Shown: positions 15,889 through 20,813 of the stretch, in pieces
Position numbering within the stretch: the first letter of the stretch is position 1
How the letters are laid out: each line of letters opens with the position of its first letter
DNA from: a bacterium
GTDB lineage: Bacteria > Hydrothermota > Tepidihabitantia > Tepidihabitantales > Tepidihabitantaceae
Assembly (NCBI GenBank): GCA_046485285.1
Contig: JAWOHE010000077.1
Span: forward strand, 1 to 20,813
Length of the DNA stretch: 20,813 bases
Direction of reading: 5' to 3'
Made by a program: the position numbers and the translations under genes
The notes under the pieces: generated by a model
Databases searched by the model: none
The model's input: only the letters and a program-made list of their open reading frames with translations
Told to the model about the DNA's origin: nothing

Positions 15889-18800
15889 GTGAGAAAACCC
15901 CTGCTCCTGGTCGCGTTGCCGGTCCTGGTCCTCGCCGGCACGGTGACGCAGACAATCAGTTTCGACAGCCGCGACCTCCTCTTCGACCGGGCCAGCGGCT
16001 ACGACGTGGTCACGCTCCGCGGCTTCCCGTCGATGCTGGAGACCGGTCGGCCGATGCTGCCCGAGGCGGTCTTCAATGTCGCCGTGCCGGCGCACGCGAC
16101 GGTCACCGACATCCGGGTCACGCCGCTCGACCCGGAGGTGCTCCCGGGTGCGTACAACATCTGCCCGGCCCAGCCGCCGGTCATCCTGTCGGCTCCGGGC
16201 CTGCCCGACTTCGTCGAGCCCGACCGGGCGGTGTACGACAGCGACCGCTCCTGGCCCGACCGGCTCGTTGACCGGGCTCCCACCGGCACCAAGTCCGGCT
16301 GGCGGATTGCCGGCTTCTGCCTGCGCCCGCTCACCTGGAACCCGCCCGACGGCAGGCTTACCCTCTACCGCCGGATGCGCGTCGAGGTCGACTACGAGGA
16401 GAACACGGTTGCGCCGGTCCGGCTGACCGCGACCCAGCGCGCGGCGTTCGAGCGCGACGTCCGCGGCCTCGTGATGAACCCCGGGGACGTCGCCCGTTTC
16501 GCGCCGCCGGACAAGGCGACCGACGACCCCGAGGTCAACTACGCGATAATCACCTCCGGCGCGCTGGCCGGCAACTGGGACCCGCTGGTCAACTGGCGGA
16601 CGCGCAAGGGCTACCGCACCGAGGTCTTCACGACCGAGTGGATCTCGGCGAACCACTCCGGCCGCGACCTTCAGGAGAAGATCCGCAACTTCATCATCGA
16701 CCTGTTCGAGAACCGCGGGCTGGTCTTCGTCCTGCTCGCCGGCGACAACGCGGTCGTCCCGGGCCGGCGACTGCGCGCGGTCGTCAACACCGAGACCGGC
16801 AACATCCCCGGCGACGTCTACTACGCCGACCTCCAGTGGTCATACGACGGCAACAACAACAACGTCTTCGGCGAGGCCGGCTACGACACGGTCGACTTCT
16901 ACTACGACGTCTACGTCGGCCGCGCCTCGGTCGACAATGCCGCTCAATGCCAGACCTTCGTCAGCAAGGTCATTGCCTACGAGAAGACACCGACCACCGA
17001 CTACCTGAAGAAGATGCTCCTGCCCTACACCCAGCTGTGGTCGAACTACTCGGGCAGGGTCTGCAGCGACTCGATCGCCGAGCAGACGCCTGCCGACTGG
17101 ATCGACTTCTACATCGCCAACCCGACCTCGACATCGCCGATGCGCGACGCCATCAACTCCGGCTACCACTTCTGTCATGCGACCGCTCACGGTGACGCGG
17201 TCGGCCTCTACGACATGAACGGCTACACGGTCTACAACACCTCGACCGCCGGCGGCCAGACCAACTCGACCCGCCCGGTCATCGTCAACTCGATCGCCTG
17301 CATTTCGGGCAACTTCGAGTACTCCGACTGCCTTGCCGAGGCGCTGATGAACAACCCCGGCGGCGGCGCGGTCGCGGTGATGATGAACTCGCGCTACGGC
17401 TGGGGCACGCCCCCGTCAATGGGCCCTTCGGAGCGAATCAGCGTCAAGTTCTACGACTGGTACTTCCGGCGCGACTCGATCGAGATCGGGGTCACCCACG
17501 CCCGGGCCAAGGACTTCTTCGCATACTCGGCCCAGAGCCAGCAGGTCTGGCGCTGGTGCTCCTGGGCGCTGAACCTGTTCGGTGACCCGAACATGGCGAT
17601 GTGGAAGACCGACCCGGTCACCCTGACCGCCGAGCGCCCGGACACGCTAGAAACCGGCAGCCAGACGGTGCAGGTCACGGTGCGCGCCGAAGGCAACCCG
17701 GTCCCGGGAGCGCTGGTCTGCCTGTGGAAAGACGATGAAGTCCACGTCGCCGGCTGGACGAACTGGAATGGAGTCGCCTCGCTGACCGTCAACCCGCAGA
17801 CGTCGGGACGGATCCAGTTCACGGTCACCGCCAAGAGCGCCTGGCCGCTCGAGGACTCGCTCGTCGTCGTGCCGGGCGCGCCGCGGCCAAGCATCGACTA
17901 CCTGTCTCACTTCATCGACGACGCGGGCAACAATGTCCTCGAACCCGGCGAGACCGCGAACCTGCTCGTCACCCTCCGCAACCTGGGCAATGCCGACGCC
18001 ACCGAGGTCACGGCCACGCTCCGCACCGCCTCTCCCCTCATCACCCTGGCCGACTCGACATCCGACTTCGGCACGATCGCGCCGGGCGACACGAGTCGCG
18101 GCGATGCGTTCCGGCTGTCGGCCTCGCAGTCGACACCGCCCGGCAGTCGGGTCGAGTTCACGATTGTCGTCACCAGCGCCGAGGGCAGTTGGAGCCCGAC
18201 GTTCACGCTGACCATCGGCGACGCGCCCCGGCCCGGCGCACTGGTGATGAATCACGACACCGGCTACTGCCGCCTGACTGTCACCTGTCTTGGCAGCATC
18301 GGCTTCACCGAGCCGCCTGCGCTCGACGCCGGCAGCGGCTTCAGCTACCCGAAGACGGCGGCCAGCCAGCTTTTCTACTCAAGCCTGATGCTGGGCACCG
18401 ACGTCGACTGGGTCGCCGACCGCTTCTACAGCCGGCCTGCGAACAGCACCCCGAATGCCGACTTCCGGATTGTCGACAGCCTGCGGCCGGTCATCCCGCC
18501 CGGCTCGGGCGACCAGCACTACCGTGCCGTCATCAGCGACGCCGGACACCCGAGCCCGAAGAACCTGACCGTGACCCAGAACTCCCACATGACGGCGGCC
18601 TCCGGCTACGACGACTTCGTCGTGCTCGCCTACGACATTACCAACAACGGTGCAAACGCCGTCACCGGCCTCTACGCCGGCGTTGTCGCCGACATGGATG
18701 TCGGCAGCGACCCGGCCACCAACACTGCCGGCTCGGATGCCGGCCGGCGTTGTGCCTGGATGCGCCAGCAGTCCTCCGCCAACCCCTCGGTCGGCGTTAA

Positions 18801-19383
18801 GCTGCTTGAGCCGGCGACTGCCGCCGGACTCGGCTGCATCGACCATGCCATCTACGTCTACCCCGATTCCTGCGTCACCGACAACCAGAAGTTCCGCATG
18901 CTAAACGGCAGCATCGTCCTCGCGAGCTCAAACCGGCCCTATGACTGGTCGATCATCGCCTCGGCCGGACCGGTTGACATCCCGGCTGGCGCAACAGCCC
19001 GGGTTGCGTTCGCTGTTCTCGGCGGGACCAGCGAAGCCGACTTCGCCGCCAACGCCGATTCGGCCCAGAGTTGGTACGACCAGAACTCCGGAGTGTTTGA
19101 GACCGCCTCGCCGCAGTTGCGCGAACCAGTCCGGACCGAGTGCTGGCCCAACCCGTTCACCAACTCGGTGAGCATCGCCTGCCAGGTCGCGGTTGCCGGA
19201 AGAGTACGGGTCGAGGTCTTCGATGTCGGCGGCCGCTCGGTCGCCCTGCTGTTCGACGAGGAACGCGGCCCGGGCCGGGTCGTGACGAACTGGCAGCCGG
19301 CCGGGCTCGCCAACGGCATATACCTCCTGAGGGTGAACGTCGGCGAGACGAGCACGACCGGCAAGCTGATGCTGCTCCGCTGA
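15889..19383 (+). CDS. C25 (gingipain-family) cysteine peptidase with propeptide, Ig-like domains and T9SS type-A/FlgD-like C-terminal domain
   Basis: SD AAGGAGG (15878-15884) before GTG 15889; signal peptide; propeptide (GRPMLP); catalytic-domain motifs FVLLAGD, DVYYADL, DVYVGR, AHG (His codon 17188-17190), SIACISGNF (Cys codon 17299-17301), NLFGDP; C-terminal WPNPF...VFDVGGR...GIYLLR...KLMLLR. Confidence 0.92.
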   Translation: MRKPLLLVALPVLVLAGTVTQTISFDSRDLLFDRASGYDVVTLRGFPSMLETGRPMLPEAVFNVAVPAHATVTDIRVTPLDPEVLPGAYNICPAQPPVILSAPGLPDFVEPDRAVYDSDRSWPDRLVDRAPTGTKSGWRIAGFCLRPLTWNPPDGRLTLYRRMRVEVDYEENTVAPVRLTATQRAAFERDVRGLVMNPGDVARFAPPDKATDDPEVNYAIITSGALAGNWDPLVNWRTRKGYRTEVFTTEWISANHSGRDLQEKIRNFIIDLFENRGLVFVLLAGDNAVVPGRRLRAVVNTETGNIPGDVYYADLQWSYDGNNNNVFGEAGYDTVDFYYDVYVGRASVDNAAQCQTFVSKVIAYEKTPTTDYLKKMLLPYTQLWSNYSGRVCSDSIAEQTPADWIDFYIANPTSTSPMRDAINSGYHFCHATAHGDAVGLYDMNGYTVYNTSTAGGQTNSTRPVIVNSIACISGNFEYSDCLAEALMNNPGGGAVAVMMNSRYGWGTPPSMGPSERISVKFYDWYFRRDSIEIGVTHARAKDFFAYSAQSQQVWRWCSWALNLFGDPNMAMWKTDPVTLTAERPDTLETGSQTVQVTVRAEGNPVPGALVCLWKDDEVHVAGWTNWNGVASLTVNPQTSGRIQFTVTAKSAWPLEDSLVVVPGAPRPSIDYLSHFIDDAGNNVLEPGETANLLVTLRNLGNADATEVTATLRTASPLITLADSTSDFGTIAPGDTSRGDAFRLSASQSTPPGSRVEFTIVVTSAEGSWSPTFTLTIGDAPRPGALVMNHDTGYCRLTVTCLGSIGFTEPPALDAGSGFSYPKTAASQLFYSSLMLGTDVDWVADRFYSRPANSTPNADFRIVDSLRPVIPPGSGDQHYRAVISDAGHPSPKNLTVTQNSHMTAASGYDDFVVLAYDITNNGANAVTGLYAGVVADMDVGSDPATNTAGSDAGRRCAWMRQQSSANPSVGVKLLEPATAAGLGCIDHAIYVYPDSCVTDNQKFRMLNGSIVLASSNRPYDWSIIASAGPVDIPAGATARVAFAVLGGTSEADFAANADSAQSWYDQNSGVFETASPQLREPVRTECWPNPFTNSVSIACQVAVAGRVRVEVFDVGGRSVALLFDEERGPGRVVTNWQPAGLANGIYLLRVNVGETSTTGKLMLLR

Positions 19384-19400
19384 CGCGAGACGACAAATCA

Positions 19401-19428
19401 CGGGCGGGGGCCGGGTGGCCCCCGCCCG
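19401..19428. terminator. Strong hairpin, probable bidirectional terminator
   Basis: Perfect 12-bp stem CGGGCGGGGGCC / GGCCCCCGCCCG with a 4-nt loop between convergent genes; TGATTTGT follows on the minus strand. Confidence 0.7.
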
Positions 19429-19445
19429 CATGTTGACAAGCGCGG

Positions 19446-19829
19446 CTAGAGCACCCGTTCGACCTGCCACTCCGATCCGAGCCAGACTCCGACGACTTCG
19501 ACTTCGAGCCCCCAGCCCATCACGGTGTCGACGGCCCTGCGCAGTTGCTCTAACTGGACTTCCTTCGGTTCGGGGTTCCCGGCGCAGTCATCGTGGGCCA
19601 CGACTGCAACCGTCCGCGAGCCGTGCCGGTTCACCGATATCGCGACCCGGGCGAGCATCGACAGCGCGGCTCGTCCCCGCGGTTCCTCCGCGAGTTGGCG
19701 GATCGGCCCGGGCTCGGTCACCGAGTCAACGTACTCAGCACCGAATTCCCGCCTCAGCCACTCGATGACCGGCAACTGGGTCCGACCGTCCATGCAGTTG
19801 ATTGCGGTAACGAAGCTGCCTTCTCCCAT
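19446..19829 (-). CDS. Small putative beta-class carbonic anhydrase-like protein
   Basis: Zn-ligand pattern C-x-D-x-R (INCMDGR) and H-x-x-C (AHDDCAGN); 127 aa; SD GAGGAG upstream of the ATG. Confidence 0.75.
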   Translation of the reverse strand: MGEGSFVTAINCMDGRTQLPVIEWLRREFGAEYVDSVTEPGPIRQLAEEPRGRAALSMLARVAISVNRHGSRTVAVVAHDDCAGNPEPKEVQLEQLRRAVDTVMGWGLEVEVVGVWLGSEWQVERVL

Positions 19830-20813
19830 TCAAGCTCCTCTCTTTTTCCGGCCGCTGACGCGCCCTGGAATTGCCAGCCACGCGCATGCGACCAGCGCCA
19901 GTGCGCTGACCGGCACCAGCCAGTTCCTCGGCGCACTGGTCCGAGCCGTAACGCTGACCGAGTGCCCGCCGGCCGGGCAGAAGAAGTAGGTGAAGCCGTC
20001 TGCCGTAGGCCGCGCCATCACCTGCTCCCCGTCCAGTCGCACGTCAAGACAGGGGTACCAGCTGAGCGCCAGCCGAACCCAGCAGGCTTCGGCATTCTCA
20101 AGATCGACCTCGACGCGCTCGTGCTTGACCCGCCAATCCCGGACCAGCAGCGGCGAGTCCCCGGGGAGCGAGTCGTGTGGCTCGCCCTCAACGGGAATCG
20201 AGCTCACCACCGCGGCATCACGGTCCACCTCGACGGCGTCGAGCAACTCGCGCCAGTCGCCGGCGTAGCAGACGGTCAGCGCGGAATCCACTCCCGGTCG
20301 CGTTACCGGCCTCAGGACCCGGCTTCCCAGCGCGATACCATAGCCCGTCGCGGCGAACACCAGCGGCGGCCGGCGGCCAGCCCGGAGGTAGCGGTCGTCC
20401 CAGTCGAGCCCGGGCCTGGTGCGCACCAGCCCCTCCCCGACCTCGGTAGCAGGCGTCAGGACGTGCGTGATGCCGGCAAGCGCCAGGGCCTTCAGGGTGC
20501 CGGGCGCCAACTCCTGCCCGGACTGGTCGCCGAGGTCGGCCGCGGCGGCGGCGAACCAGGGATAGAGATAAGCCATCGAGCGCGGCGCGAACTGGTGGTA
20601 AGGCGGGCCAAGGGGCGTAGCTATCCCGCCGAACAGGTACCCGAGCGCCGGGTAGACCGCAAGCCGTGGGAAGTCATCCACCGTGCTCGCGTGACCCGGC
20701 AGGTCGAGTAGACGTGGACTCGGACTGCCCGGGAGAAGCCGGTAGAACTCGGCCCGCACGGGCAGTGCCCGTTCCGTCGCAAGGAAGCGCGTGCGCCAGA
20801 GCCAGGGCAGGCA
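19830..20813 (-). CDS. Partial (5' end outside window) membrane-anchored protein with a YfhO-like C-terminus
   Basis: Frame stays open from 20813 to the stop at 19830. C-terminal pattern VRLALSWYP...VRLDG...FFCPAGGHSVSV plus a terminal TM helix and basic tail, as in YfhO-like/GT-C-associated proteins. Confidence 0.6.
   Translation of the reverse strand, partial: CLPWLWRTRFLATERALPVRAEFYRLLPGSPSPRLLDLPGHASTVDDFPRLAVYPALGYLFGGIATPLGPPYHQFAPRSMAYLYPWFAAAAADLGDQSGQELAPGTLKALALAGITHVLTPATEVGEGLVRTRPGLDWDDRYLRAGRRPPLVFAATGYGIALGSRVLRPVTRPGVDSALTVCYAGDWRELLDAVEVDRDAAVVSSIPVEGEPHDSLPGDSPLLVRDWRVKHERVEVDLENAEACWVRLALSWYPCLDVRLDGEQVMARPTADGFTYFFCPAGGHSVSVTARTSAPRNWLVPVSALALVACAWLAIPGRVSGRKKRGA

Noticed and set aside
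19433-19460. Perfect TTGACA after the protease terminator
   Set aside because: No -10-like hexamer 16-17 nt downstream, and it would point antisense into the carbonic-anhydrase-like gene.
1-20813. CRISPR arrays, tRNA/rRNA genes, transposases, integrases, phage or defence genes
   Set aside because: No regularly spaced repeats, cloverleaf structures or mobile-element motifs were seen; nearly all sequence is explained by housekeeping and envelope genes.

Overview
A GC-rich bacterial chromosomal window, densely coding, with no rRNA, tRNA, CRISPR array or mobile element that I can recognise. A gingipain-family (C25) protease with a T9SS-type C-terminal domain suggests an FCB-affiliated lineage such as candidate division WOR-3; this is inference only. 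Gene order: (+) HDAC-family deacetylase, then a glycan cluster (GT4, Wzx-like flippase, NodB-like deacetylase, GT4); (-) two DUF4870-like membrane proteins, ahcY, metK, miaA, mutL, MBL-fold hydrolase; (+) alr, DUF1844-like protein, FMN-binding protein, ndk, C25 protease; (-) a small beta-carbonic-anhydrase-like protein and a partial YfhO-like membrane protein. The most interesting signals are non-coding. (1) The ~80-nt metK-ahcY leader folds like a SAM-III (SMK)/SAM-VI riboswitch, with a GUAACC core and a sequestered Shine-Dalgarno, but its junction is non-canonical, so it may be a new SAM riboswitch variant. (2) A promoter architecture TTGAC/TTGAA-N16(17)-[-10 box] recurs six times, and in four cases the start codon lies only 6-7 nt after the -10 box, implying leaderless mRNAs, including a UUG-initiated ndk.
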